Positions 16,194 to 25,061 of a stretch of DNA of 37,829 bases are shown here, in pieces. Below the pieces are notes generated by a model. It worked only from the letters and a program-made list of their open reading frames with translations, ran no database searches and was not told the origin of the DNA. Numbering within the stretch: the stretch's first letter is position 1; the number at the start of each line of letters is the position of its first letter. Source of the stretch: a virus (lineage: Duplodnaviria; Heunggongvirae; Uroviricota; Caudoviricetes); the IMG/VR virus record IMGVR_UViG_3300010383_000113, positions 1 to 37,829 of that record; one strand, given 5' to 3'. The position numbers were made by a program, and so were the translations under genes.

Positions 16194-16548
16194 TGGGCGA
16201 TTCCTCCATCGCTTCGAGTCTATTCTTCCACTCATCGTGCTCGTAGGCGGCCTCTTCGAGTTCCTGCTCGATGCGTTGGCACCTATTGGCCAGGGACTCG
16301 ACGTAGGCGGCCGTGGCTTCCTTCAGGGTGCCGTGGCAATCTTGCGGCCTGACGAAGCAGCTCGCGTTGGTGTCGTTGTCGACCGTGCCGTCTTGTTTCA
16401 GGCGTGAAGCGTAGAAGAGGTCGGGCCCTCCCTGCTCCCGAACCAACTTCATCCGTCGGGGAGGAACGGCGTTGAAGTCGGCGTAGCAGGCCGACTCCAC
16501 CGTCCCCTTGATGATCCAGAACACGTCTCCGACCTTCGGAACGCTCAT
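16180..16548 (-). CDS. Hypothetical protein
   Basis: 122 aa ORF. Confidence 0.7.
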   Translation of the reverse strand: MSVPKVGDVFWIIKGTVESACYADFNAVPPRRMKLVREQGGPDLFYASRLKQDGTVDNDTNASCFVRPQDCHGTLKEATAAYVESLANRCQRIEQELEEAAYEHDEWKNRLEAMEESPNGRT

Positions 16549-17027
16549 TGGGAGTCCTCGTCATACTTGGTCGATGGCACGTAGAAGGGCGTATTTCGAT
16601 CAAGCTCGAAGTACACTCGGCCGCCGTCCTGATAGGTGACGTCGAAGACGTCCGCCGCCTTCACGACGCGGGCCGGCAGGGTGTCGGCGGCCTCGACCCA
16701 CTCGTCCGCGTCGGTCTCGACGTCGAACCAGCGGAATCGGTGAAGGGCCGAGCCGGGAATCCCGAGGATCCCGAAGAACCCCGAGAGGTCCGAGCCGTCG
16801 CGGACGACCTTCTCCTCGTCGTACTCTCCGGCCGGGATCAGCCTGTCCTCGTCGAAGTGGGTCTCGATCGAAAAGCCTTCGCTGCTCGAAGCGACTAGGA
16901 TGTGATCGTCGCCCAGGCGAATGGCTTCATCGCCGGCAGTGACCCCGAATTCGTCCACCCAGATGTGGACAGTCGCTCCGGCGGCCGTCATCGCGTCCCA
17001 GACTTCGGAAAGTTCGAGATTCGACAT
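16545..17027 (-). CDS. Acidic hypothetical protein
   Basis: MSNLELSEVW...; D/E-rich. Confidence 0.7.
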   Translation of the reverse strand: MSNLELSEVWDAMTAAGATVHIWVDEFGVTAGDEAIRLGDDHILVASSSEGFSIETHFDEDRLIPAGEYDEEKVVRDGSDLSGFFGILGIPGSALHRFRWFDVETDADEWVEAADTLPARVVKAADVFDVTYQDGGRVYFELDRNTPFYVPSTKYDEDSQ

Positions 17028-17040
17028 GGCATCACCCCTT

Positions 17041-17340
17041 TCAGTCATACTGGAGTTCGTCGGCCGCCTCTTCCCGTCCCATCGCGAAGTAGTCGAATTC
17101 GACGCTGTCGGGGTCGAAGGGGTTGGTGTCGACGGTCGTGGTCAGGAAGGTCTCATCGTAACCCATTTGATGGGCCAATTCGAGCTTCCGTTCGTCGATT
17201 TGGCTTTGCAGCAGGTCGTAGAGTTCGCGGCACTCGGATTCGGGTAGGTGGGCCTTGTCGAGGTGCATCCTCCAGATCTCTTCGACATCCACCAGCGTGG
17301 TCTTCATGAGCTGACGCAAGAACTCGGACGTCTTCTCCAC
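17041..17340 (-). CDS. Acidic hypothetical protein
   Basis: 99 aa; GGAGG RBS, GTG start. Confidence 0.7.
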   Translation of the reverse strand: MEKTSEFLRQLMKTTLVDVEEIWRMHLDKAHLPESECRELYDLLQSQIDERKLELAHQMGYDETFLTTTVDTNPFDPDSVEFDYFAMGREEAADELQYD

Positions 17341-17543
17341 GGGAACCTCCGGAGAGTAGCAGGGGGTTAAACGAAGACGGCCTCGGCGACACGTCCGCCC
17401 TCCCTGCTCCTCTTCTCTTCGGCCGAGGGGGATGAGCGGGCTTTGCGGTGGTCGACGAGGCGTATCGGCTTGCAGTCGGGACTTCGGTGGTCGATCGGCG
17501 GATGGATGTAGAAGGGGTTTATCGACCCCTGTTCTCTCGGCAT

Positions 17544-17810
17544 TCAGAAGCCTCGATAGAAGATTTCATGCCAGGGATAGTCTTCGTGGCCAGGCGGGAG
17601 GATGGTTTCGACCGTCTCGTCGATCACGAGTGGTATCGGACCTCCCGTCGGCCCGTAGTTCTCCCATTTGGGGCTGCTGGCCCGCGACGCATTCGCATAG
17701 GCTGCGTCCAGGTCCACGGTCAAGGTCGACCTTAACCAGTATAGCCCACAGAGGCCCAGGGCGACCACGACATATCCGGCCAGGCTTTTCAAGGTCATCG
17801 GGACTTTCAT
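17544..17810 (-). CDS. Membrane-anchored hypothetical protein
   Basis: MKVPMTLKSLAGYVVVALGLCGLYW. Confidence 0.6.
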   Translation of the reverse strand: MKVPMTLKSLAGYVVVALGLCGLYWLRSTLTVDLDAAYANASRASSPKWENYGPTGGPIPLVIDETVETILPPGHEDYPWHEIFYRGF

Positions 17811-17842
17811 CGTCGGCCCCCTGATTAAGCGTGAGTGCAAGA

Positions 17843-17871
17843 AAGCTATCACTGCGGGATTCCTCCGTCAA
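17843..17871 (-). promoter_or_regulatory. Sigma70-type promoter
   Basis: Minus strand TTGACG-N17-TAGCTT with TG upstream of the -10. Confidence 0.55.
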
Positions 17872-17903
17872 GTCAAAAGGCCGGCACGCGACAAAGATGA
17901 GCG

Positions 17904-18326
17904 TCAGCGACTTTCGGCGAACGTCCTGGTCGAGCGACGGCGGTGCAGGTAGACGGGCTGGTAGACGGCCTGGCGGCACTTGTCGAGCAGGTCGATCGTG
18001 TGGTCGACGCCGTTGTTGCTGATCGTATAGGCGATCTTCTGGGCGGTCAGGCGGTCGACGATGTAGGGCCGCACGTCGAGCTGGTTCATCGTCAGGGCGA
18101 GCATCTTGTGGCCGTTGCTGACCGTCTCGCCGAGGTGGCGTCCGGCGGGAACGACGCCCGTCAGGGAATACTTGACCAGGATGTTGACCAGGTGGAGCCG
18201 GTAGTGCTTCAGGGCGGCGTTCAGGCGGATGGCGTTCTGGCCGAAGACCTGCTCGGCGTTCGGCGACTTGGGGCAGCGGAAGTTCACGGCGAACGTCCCG
18301 TCGTCCTTGACCACGTAATCTCGCAT
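17904..18326 (-). CDS. Hypothetical protein
   Basis: 140 aa ORF. Confidence 0.7.
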   Translation of the reverse strand: MRDYVVKDDGTFAVNFRCPKSPNAEQVFGQNAIRLNAALKHYRLHLVNILVKYSLTGVVPAGRHLGETVSNGHKMLALTMNQLDVRPYIVDRLTAQKIAYTISNNGVDHTIDLLDKCRQAVYQPVYLHRRRSTRTFAESR

Positions 18327-18327
18327 C

Positions 18328-18726
18328 TCAGTCCCCCTTTCGGGCCAGTTGGCGGGTGGTTTCCACTACGGTATACATAGGACGGGTCCACACTAGATGG
18401 GCGGCGGCCGTCATCAGGGCTAGGTGGGCCAGGATCAAGCCGGCCCACAGGTAGTCCATCCGTCGACATCGACGGCGATACTCGTCCTGGACGCTCTGCA
18501 TGGCCTCCAGGTGCCGCCTCTCCCTCTCGTCGGCCTTCCGGAGGACTTCGTCCAGGCCGGGCAACGCCCGCTCGTAGTGCTCGATCATGTCCTCGAAGGG
18601 CTCCTCGATGCTCGGGCCGAACGACAGCGGAGAGAGCGTGTCGTGAAGGTCATGGAGGATCGCTGGAAGGTACTTCGGGTCGCGGGGGTTGTCGAATCGT
18701 TCTTCAGCCACCTGTTCGGTCATCAT
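18328..18726 (-). CDS. Hypothetical protein with C-terminal TM helix
   Basis: 132 aa; LWAGLILAHLALMTAAAHLVW. Confidence 0.7.
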   Translation of the reverse strand: MMTEQVAEERFDNPRDPKYLPAILHDLHDTLSPLSFGPSIEEPFEDMIEHYERALPGLDEVLRKADERERRHLEAMQSVQDEYRRRCRRMDYLWAGLILAHLALMTAAAHLVWTRPMYTVVETTRQLARKGD

Positions 18727-18970
18727 GTGTCGCTCCGCTCCACTTTAGTGGACGATGCTCGTTGATCTTGGGCATGGACTGGTGCGGGATGGAGACTACC
18801 CGGCCGCAACGCTCGCAGACGCCGACCAGCACGTCCGGGACCGTGACGTCCCACCCCGACGGGGTGTAGTCGCGACGCTCCATTCGGACGGGGACTGCGG
18901 CCTTGCAGTTCTCGCAGACGGCCGCCGAACGATCGCCTTCTTTGTAAGGCCTCTTGATGCTCTCGCTCAT
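18704..18970 (-). CDS. YgiT/MqsA-type zinc-finger protein lacking an HTH
   Basis: CENC...VTVPDVLVGVCERCG. Confidence 0.65.
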   Translation of the reverse strand: MSESIKRPYKEGDRSAAVCENCKAAVPVRMERRDYTPSGWDVTVPDVLVGVCERCGRVVSIPHQSMPKINEHRPLKWSGATHDDRTGG

Positions 18971-18978
18971 GATGGTAG

Positions 18979-19581
18979 TTAGACGGCGGCTTTCGCTCGC
19001 TTGCCGCCCTTGGCCTTGAGGAATCCGTGCTGGACGAGCACCTCTCGGAGAATCGCTTTGATGTTGACCTCCTGGCCTTCCAGGAGTGAGATGCGTTCTT
19101 GCACCAGGTTCTCCGCGTCCATCAGGGCAACATCGGCCTCGGTGCGGCGATCCTTGGGGATTCGATTCAGGACCGCCTCCTCGTCGTCGTGGGGGATGAC
19201 GATAGCGTTGCGGTCGTATCCCTCGGCGGACACCAGGTAGTCCCTGACAACCTCCAGGTGGCCGACCTTGACCCCCTCTCGATCGACGACGTCCTGGCGT
19301 GCGGCCTTCTGGCCACAGTCCAACATGGGCCAGCCGCAGACGTTCTCTTTGATCAGCGAGAGCAGGTTATCCTCCCAGACGTGGGTCCAGGGGAGAAACC
19401 TGTAGCACATGTCGAGGAAGTCTTGTCTGCTGGGCGGTTTGTCGAAATGGAACGTGTGGCTTCGATAGTGCGAAGGTTCGTGTTCTTCGGGATATTCACA
19501 AACCTCGATGGGCTTGACACCGGCCTCGGCGGCCTCCGGATAGTAGTGGACGGTCAGAGTGAACATCTCTCGTCGGCCCAT
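18979..19581 (-). CDS. Hypothetical protein
   Basis: 200 aa; TAAGGAG RBS. Confidence 0.75.
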   Translation of the reverse strand: MGRREMFTLTVHYYPEAAEAGVKPIEVCEYPEEHEPSHYRSHTFHFDKPPSRQDFLDMCYRFLPWTHVWEDNLLSLIKENVCGWPMLDCGQKAARQDVVDREGVKVGHLEVVRDYLVSAEGYDRNAIVIPHDDEEAVLNRIPKDRRTEADVALMDAENLVQERISLLEGQEVNIKAILREVLVQHGFLKAKGGKRAKAAV

Positions 19582-19614
19582 TCGTCGGTCTCCTTAATCA
19601 GCCCTTGCTTCGTT

Positions 19615-19851
19615 TCAGTCGATGAGCCCCACGTCTTTCAAGACGCTTCGATAGACGGCGACGAACGAGTCGATCGTGAGTTGACCCGCCAACTCATCGT
19701 CCTGCGATACCATGAGCCTCATGACCTCTTCGGCCACGAGGGCGTCCTTGACCCCGTCGCCGACCAACCAGCGGGCCTGCGGCGTCATCTTGCGGCGATA
19801 GGCGTCGGCGGCGATCTTCGTCCACTGCTTCAGTTGCTTGTCGCTGACCAT
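19615..19851 (-). CDS. Hypothetical protein
   Basis: MVSDKQLKQW...; GGAGG RBS. Confidence 0.7.
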   Translation of the reverse strand: MVSDKQLKQWTKIAADAYRRKMTPQARWLVGDGVKDALVAEEVMRLMVSQDDELAGQLTIDSFVAVYRSVLKDVGLID

Positions 19852-19852
19852 C

Positions 19853-20206
19853 TCAGTCCTCCCGCTCGTCGTCTGCGTCGTCTGGAACGAAGTCCGCCCA
19901 TTCCCCAGCCCCGTTCCAATAAGGGCTCTTGTCGTCGTCGAGGAAGATCTCGTCCAACAAGGACCATACGTCGTTCGGGCCGAGAGCTTCGACGACGCCG
20001 TTGGTGAGTTCGGCCCGAAGTTTGTCGTGTAGATCCCAGAGATCATGAAACTGCTCGACCGACGCGAACCCCGGCGGCGGGCCATACTCCTGCAAGTCTT
20101 CCTCGACTCCTTCGGGGATGTCGATCATGCGTTCCCCGAGCCGCCACGGGATCTTCGGGAAGTCTTTGATTGGGACGACGAGGGCCCGGATGTCGTCAAG
20201 AGTCAT
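19853..20206 (-). CDS. Acidic hypothetical protein
   Basis: 117 aa ORF. Confidence 0.7.
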   Translation of the reverse strand: MTLDDIRALVVPIKDFPKIPWRLGERMIDIPEGVEEDLQEYGPPPGFASVEQFHDLWDLHDKLRAELTNGVVEALGPNDVWSLLDEIFLDDDKSPYWNGAGEWADFVPDDADDERED

Positions 20207-20216
20207 CGCCCACCTC

Positions 20217-20759
20217 TTAGTAAGTCTGGAGAAGGTCGTTGATGAGCCGTTCCATCTCGGCCTTGGCGGATTCCAGAGCGGCCTTCGAGTAGTCCGACTC
20301 GGTGAGGCACTCGGCGGCCTGATAGATCTCGATGGTCTTCTGGAGGTCGTCGTCCTTGGCCAGTTCTCGGAGCTTCTCGTGGATCAGGCCTACGACGGCA
20401 TTGCCATAGGTCAGGGCCGCCTGGACAGAGATGGCTCGTTGAGGTTCCAGTCCCTCCCAAAGGCCATCGTCCGTCTCTTCGTAGTCTCTCATTTGGTCGA
20501 GGAGTTCGGCCGATTCCTGGAGGCTGTAGTCTCTGTCGTTATGGTTTGCATGATGATAGTCATCGAAGCCCGACAGGTCGTTCATTGGATCGACGGGGAC
20601 TTCACCATAGCTTGTGATGTGCTCGATGATCTCGTCGAGATGATGCTCGATGGCCGTGGTCGCGTCGTCATGGGCGTCGTTGCGATAGTTCGACTTCGTC
20701 ACTTTGTTCGTCTCCTTAATTCGGGCTAGGAAGTTGGCTTCGCAGTTACACCAAGCCAT
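20217..20759 (-). CDS. Acidic protein, possible Ocr-like DNA mimic
   Basis: Very D/E-rich; YEETDDGLWEG..AISVQAALTY loosely parallels T7 Ocr EFEDSGL..RILQARIY (by eye). Confidence 0.4.
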   Translation of the reverse strand: MAWCNCEANFLARIKETNKVTKSNYRNDAHDDATTAIEHHLDEIIEHITSYGEVPVDPMNDLSGFDDYHHANHNDRDYSLQESAELLDQMRDYEETDDGLWEGLEPQRAISVQAALTYGNAVVGLIHEKLRELAKDDDLQKTIEIYQAAECLTESDYSKAALESAKAEMERLINDLLQTY

Positions 20760-21033
20760 CGTCGACCTCATCGAAAGAGCACGTCGCCAGGTGGTCGATC
20801 CGATCTTCGAGCCACTTTACGACGTCCGGCAAAGTAAAGGGATCGGCGTTGAGTTCGTCGAGGAACTGTCGGTAGGCCGGCGGCTTGAGGCACGCGAGGT
20901 GGGCCCAGGCCGAGGGCGAAAGGTGGACGATGCCGTGTGGCTTCACCAAGATCCTGAAGATCTCGTAGGTGCCGTCGTCGTGCTGCTCATACTCGATCTC
21001 GAAGCCAGTGGGGCTCAGCCAGGTCTTTCTCAT
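20746..21033 (-). CDS. Hypothetical protein
   Basis: 95 aa ORF. Confidence 0.65.
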   Translation of the reverse strand: MRKTWLSPTGFEIEYEQHDDGTYEIFRILVKPHGIVHLSPSAWAHLACLKPPAYRQFLDELNADPFTLPDVVKWLEDRIDHLATCSFDEVDDGLV

Positions 21034-21042
21034 GGGGGCCCC

Positions 21043-21465
21043 TCAGTAGCAGACTCCGTTGCCGCGACAGTATTCCGACCACTTCTCAAGCACTTCGTGC
21101 CAGGCGGCTTCTTCGTCGCCGTCGGCATCCCGCAGGAACTTCGCCCAGTCTTCGTCGGACGTCTCCACCCTCTCGCAGTCGTCGACGGAGACGTATCTCG
21201 TGTGGACGTAGATTACGTCGTGATTTTCGACGATGCCGCCCAGGATGTCCTCGAAGAGTTTCTGATCCTCGTCCTCATCCTCGGGCGACAGGGTCCACAT
21301 CGGCCCCAGATAGTGCATCTCGAATGACGGGGCGATCTCGCAGCAGTTGACGGTCTTGTTGCAATCGAAGATGTAGAGGTCGAAGATCTGACCGGCTTTC
21401 TTGCGGATCTCCTCGACCCAATACTCGGTGACGTCTCGCTTGTAGAGGCGGAAGTCAGGTTTCAT
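21043..21465 (-). CDS. Acidic hypothetical protein
   Basis: 140 aa; GAGG RBS. Confidence 0.75.
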   Translation of the reverse strand: MKPDFRLYKRDVTEYWVEEIRKKAGQIFDLYIFDCNKTVNCCEIAPSFEMHYLGPMWTLSPEDEDEDQKLFEDILGGIVENHDVIYVHTRYVSVDDCERVETSDEDWAKFLRDADGDEEAAWHEVLEKWSEYCRGNGVCY

Positions 21466-21691
21466 GCGAGTTCCTCGCTTGTCTGAGACGTGCCAGAATC
21501 GCCCGACTCTTCCCGACGAAGGTGCGGCGACGTGTCCTGCGACGCTCCAGCCCTTCCCTGGTGATGTTCTCGATGGCTTCTGCGTCGTCTTCGTCGTTCA
21601 GGAGGCCTTCAGCCTTGTTGGCTTCCTCGAAGGCGTCCTCCCAGTTAGGGTCGTTGTCCCAGTCCCAGTAGTTCTTTTCGTAGTGGCCCAT
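21455..21691 (-). CDS. Hypothetical protein
   Basis: MGHYEKNYW...; acidic N-half, basic C-half. Confidence 0.65.
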   Translation of the reverse strand: MGHYEKNYWDWDNDPNWEDAFEEANKAEGLLNDEDDAEAIENITREGLERRRTRRRTFVGKSRAILARLRQARNSHET

Positions 21692-21698
21692 GAGCCCC

Positions 21699-22052
21699 TC
21701 AGTCGACTTCGAGATTGATCCCGAAGACTTCGTAGATCTTCTGTCGAATCGCCCCGTCGGCTTGTTTGATCGTGCTTTGGAGTTCATCCAGCCCTTTTAG
21801 AGATGCCGTCTCATAAGCGATCTCGGCTGCTCTCTGCTGGATGTTGGTCTCAAACCTTCGGTAGATATCCTCGATCGTGTCCTGAAAAGGGACTTCGACT
21901 CCGTTGACGATCAGGGAAACCTCGAAATGGGCTCCTGGTACGTGCTTCTCGATAATCTCTGGGTGCTTAGCCTTGGCGGCGACTAACGCCGCAAGAGCAA
22001 ATCGACCGGCGGGCTTGTCTCGAACTTCCCTAAGCGAGATGTATTCAGGCAT
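21699..22052 (-). CDS. Hypothetical protein
   Basis: 117 aa; GGAGG RBS. Confidence 0.7.
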   Translation of the reverse strand: MPEYISLREVRDKPAGRFALAALVAAKAKHPEIIEKHVPGAHFEVSLIVNGVEVPFQDTIEDIYRRFETNIQQRAAEIAYETASLKGLDELQSTIKQADGAIRQKIYEVFGINLEVD

Positions 22053-22079
22053 AAGGGGCCTCCAAAGAGTAGCAGGGGG

Positions 22080-22388
22080 TCACAGGGGAAGTGCCGTGAC
22101 GCCCCTGGCCTTCAATCCGGTCAGGGTCGCCCACACCTTGGCGGGACGGCGTCCGGAACACCACTCCGCCAATCCTACACGCTCGATGACGGGGAGGTCT
22201 TCCAGGGCGTCTTCGTACCAGTTCAGGATTCGCTGCATGGCGATGACGTCCCATTCGGACGGGGTGCCGCCCAGGGATTCGCGGACGGCGTCGGCCTCGG
22301 CTCGAAGGGCTTCCGAGGCCCTCAGTGGATTCGCGTCGGGAATGTAGTCCAGCACCCAGACGGGCGAGGTGATCGTTCTCGTCGGCAT
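22080..22388 (-). CDS. Hypothetical protein bracketed by an inverted motif pair
   Basis: 102 aa; motif copies at 22069 and 22397. Confidence 0.7.
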   Translation of the reverse strand: MPTRTITSPVWVLDYIPDANPLRASEALRAEADAVRESLGGTPSEWDVIAMQRILNWYEDALEDLPVIERVGLAEWCSGRRPAKVWATLTGLKARGVTALPL

Positions 22389-22408
22389 GATGACCTCCCT
22401 GCTACTCT

Positions 22409-22825
22409 TTACTTCTGGGCGTCTTCCATCGCGGCCTGGTAAACAGTCTTACCAAACCGATCGATCGAATTTCGTTCCTCTAACTCCATCCTGAACCGCT
22501 TAGCCTGACACAGGGCACGAATAACGGCGTAACTGACGTCCTCGTATTCGGCCATCGCTTTCGAGTACAACGATCCGAATTTGTCACCGGGTTCTAGGTA
22601 ACTGGCACTGGAGTAATCTCCGGCTATCACGATCCGGTCTCCGACCCAAGACCTGGTGACGGCATGATCGTGGATCGGCGTTTCGGTTGCCAGGAGAATG
22701 GTCAAGCCGAGCATGGTGCCGTTGCCCGAAGCACCGAACTCAAACAGTTTGAGACCATCGCCGAACTTGTGGGGGTCGAGGTACTGCTTCTTGTCAAGAT
22801 TCACGACGTAGTAATACTGGCCCAT
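22409..22825 (-). CDS. Hypothetical protein
   Basis: MGQYYYVVNLDKKQYLDPHKFGDGLKL...SWVGDRIVIAGDY. Confidence 0.8.
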   Translation of the reverse strand: MGQYYYVVNLDKKQYLDPHKFGDGLKLFEFGASGNGTMLGLTILLATETPIHDHAVTRSWVGDRIVIAGDYSSASYLEPGDKFGSLYSKAMAEYEDVSYAVIRALCQAKRFRMELEERNSIDRFGKTVYQAAMEDAQK

Positions 22826-22888
22826 GTCAACCCCTTCAGGACTTGTTGAGAGAAATCACGAACGACCAGCCCCGCCCCCTGCTCCTCT

Positions 22889-23101
22889 TCAGTTCTCCCA
22901 CATGGCGGCGTCGTGCCAAGTTGAGTCCGGATAGGTCTTGGCGACCATCGACTTGAGAGGCTTGATGGTGAGGCGACGGACTTCGCGGGGGCGGTCATCC
23001 GGAGGACTCATCCACTCCAGGACGAACTTCCCGGCGTCGTCGGTCGACAGAGTCGCCACCGTCTGGAGGTCAGGGGTTTTGGCGTACTGAAGAACTCTCA
23101 T
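22889..23101 (-). CDS. Hypothetical protein
   Basis: 70 aa, ATGA coupling. Confidence 0.65.
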   Translation of the reverse strand: MRVLQYAKTPDLQTVATLSTDDAGKFVLEWMSPPDDRPREVRRLTIKPLKSMVAKTYPDSTWHDAAMWEN

Positions 23102-23307
23102 GGGCGACTCCTGAAGATCATCTTGCGGCGATACATCTCGTCAAAGAGCTGGTCGAGGGCCGTGTACCAGCCGGGACAGACGAGCCGAAGCGTCGCCCAG
23201 TCGATGCCGTACTGGTCGCCGCCCTGGAAAGCCCGTCTCATGCGGCCGTGGGCCTTCCTGTAGATCCTTTCGAGCAGGTCGTCGGAGACGCTATCTATAT
23301 AGGACAA
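23098..23307 (-). CDS. Hypothetical protein
   Basis: 69 aa; GGAG RBS, TTG start. Confidence 0.65.
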   Translation of the reverse strand: MSYIDSVSDDLLERIYRKAHGRMRRAFQGGDQYGIDWATLRLVCPGWYTALDQLFDEMYRRKMIFRSRP

Positions 23308-23338
23308 GCACTCACTCCGTTCGTATGGAGCACGGAGG

Positions 23339-23674
23339 TCAGCCCTTGCCGGTGTCGATCGTCAGTTTGTCGAGATGGGGCTTGAACCGCTCGGAGGTAA
23401 GATCGGCCAAGGGGTAACAAGACAACTCCTCGTCGGCCCGCTCTTTGAATCGCGACCAGGCTTTGGCCTGAATCTCATCAGGGGTGCTGCTGAAGATGGG
23501 CATCCAGTTTCCGTCTTGGAGGGTCGACCGCCCTGTCTCATCGACGCACTGTTTCTGAACGACGAATTCGCGAGGTGTTCCGTTGGCGTCTCGTATCAGT
23601 GACAGGGTGATGCGGCGGGCCTGCATGCCATTGCCGGGGTTCACGAAAGGGCTCGTAGCCAGGAGATCTGCCAT
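23339..23674 (-). CDS. Hypothetical protein
   Basis: 111 aa ORF. Confidence 0.7.
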   Translation of the reverse strand: MADLLATSPFVNPGNGMQARRITLSLIRDANGTPREFVVQKQCVDETGRSTLQDGNWMPIFSSTPDEIQAKAWSRFKERADEELSCYPLADLTSERFKPHLDKLTIDTGKG

Positions 23675-23696
23675 TCTGTCTTCCCCCTAGAATGTC

Positions 23697-23897
23697 TTAG
23701 TCGACCACGAGGACTTCGTCGCCTCTCGGCTCACCTTCGTTGACCCATCCGATGCCGACCCACTGATAGCGATTCCCATCCAGCTCGATCGTCCACGGAA
23801 GTTTGGTGCTATTGCAGAACGCCAGCCGGGCCAGTTCTTCGCGGCCGATAGTCCGACGATCGGTCACTTTTGAGATCGTCTTCTTGTGCTTGGGCAT
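23697..23897 (-). CDS. Hypothetical protein
   Basis: MPKHKK...YQWVGIGWV; RBS from the motif copy at 23905. Confidence 0.7.
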   Translation of the reverse strand: MPKHKKTISKVTDRRTIGREELARLAFCNSTKLPWTIELDGNRYQWVGIGWVNEGEPRGDEVLVVD

Positions 23898-23929
23898 CAC
23901 CCCTCCCTGCTCCACGAGCGGAGCGAGTC

Positions 23930-24145
23930 CTACTGAATGATGGTGGTCTTACAGCCCAGTTCATGCCTGACCGACCTGTAGCACTGGATGATCTCGGCGA
24001 ACGACCATCCGAAGTGCTTGGCGATCTTCCTGACGGCTTCCTCGCGAGAGTCGGCCGAGGCGAATCCGACTTCAATCTCCCATCCCGGCTCCCCAGTCGT
24101 TGGGTTTCTCGTGTAGATCTCGAAGAAGTAGATTTCACTCTTCAT
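23930..24145 (-). CDS. Hypothetical protein
   Basis: 71 aa ORF. Confidence 0.65.
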   Translation of the reverse strand: MKSEIYFFEIYTRNPTTGEPGWEIEVGFASADSREEAVRKIAKHFGWSFAEIIQCYRSVRHELGCKTTIIQ

Positions 24146-24311
24146 TGGGGATATTCTCCAGAGTGCCGCGATGCGTCATTCGTTCACGTCGATGTTCCGC
24201 AAGGCGTTCTTCGACGACGGCTTTCTCTTCATCGGTGAGGCCCAGGAAATCTCCAGCATCCCCGAAGACGTAGCCGGCATCCTCCAGGGCTTTCTTCAAA
24301 GTCTCTTCCAC
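24135..24311 (-). CDS. Small protein resembling the N-terminus of XRE/HigA-like antitoxins, without the HTH
   Basis: Own translation MEETLKKALEDAGYVFGDAGDFLGLTDEEKAVVEERL...; GGAG RBS, GTG start. Confidence 0.6.
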   Translation of the reverse strand: MEETLKKALEDAGYVFGDAGDFLGLTDEEKAVVEERLAEHRRERMTHRGTLENIPNEE

Positions 24312-24325
24312 TGCGTCGCTCCGCG

Positions 24326-24577
24326 TTAAGTCCCGGCCAAAACACCCTCGACCTTTCTGAGGATCAGCCGGTCGTAGTATTCGTTGTCCCAGCGATTCTT
24401 CCTCGCCATCCAGTAGCGAAGATCGTCCGGGGCGGGCTCATACCAACCGAGTTCATTCCGGGCGTCGTCGAAGAAGTAGACGTAGGTTTCGCCCGGGGCC
24501 TGGCCCATCCAGATGGCCCCACGTTCCTTCATTCGCTGGATGTGGCGGACGGGGACTTCAGTCAGGGCAATGGTCAT
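24326..24577 (-). CDS. Hypothetical protein
   Basis: 83 aa, coupled. Confidence 0.65.
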   Translation of the reverse strand: MTIALTEVPVRHIQRMKERGAIWMGQAPGETYVYFFDDARNELGWYEPAPDDLRYWMARKNRWDNEYYDRLILRKVEGVLAGT

Positions 24578-24807
24578 GAGTCATTCTCTTCGTTGACGGC
24601 GGGAGACTTGATCTGACAGACGATGGCAATGGCTCGTTCGAGAGTGATTATCATGTCAGCCAGCCTCCTCATGGTGTGTTGGACGTGACGTTCTTCACTA
24701 CTGCCCTGCGTGACTAAGGCTAATTCCTCCGTTTTTAGTTCTTCGTGCTGTTTCTCGTACTTGTGTTTCATAGTCGAGAGTTCGCAGATCGCTTCGTCGA
24801 CGGTCAT
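24574..24807 (-). CDS. Hypothetical coiled-coil protein
   Basis: 77 aa, coupled. Confidence 0.65.
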   Translation of the reverse strand: MTVDEAICELSTMKHKYEKQHEELKTEELALVTQGSSEERHVQHTMRRLADMIITLERAIAIVCQIKSPAVNEENDS

Positions 24808-25061
24808 GGGATACTCCCTAAACTTTCAGCCTTCACCACAATCCGCTCGAACACGCTGGCGTCAGGATCTTCTAGATAGCGTTCGACAGCGTCGTCTCCG
24901 CCGTAAGCCCTTGCCCCCGCTTCGCTGTAAACAAGCACGTCGAAATGGACGTCCTTGCCGGTCAACAGTGCCAGGTCTAAAGCTCTACCGGCGGCCTGGT
25001 TGGCGTCTGAGAAGTCCGATTCACGCCCGTATGCGGACACGACGTATTCGACGTCTTTCAC
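24804..25061 (-). CDS. Hypothetical protein
   Basis: 85 aa, coupled. Confidence 0.7.
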   Translation of the reverse strand: MKDVEYVVSAYGRESDFSDANQAAGRALDLALLTGKDVHFDVLVYSEAGARAYGGDDAVERYLEDPDASVFERIVVKAESLGSIP

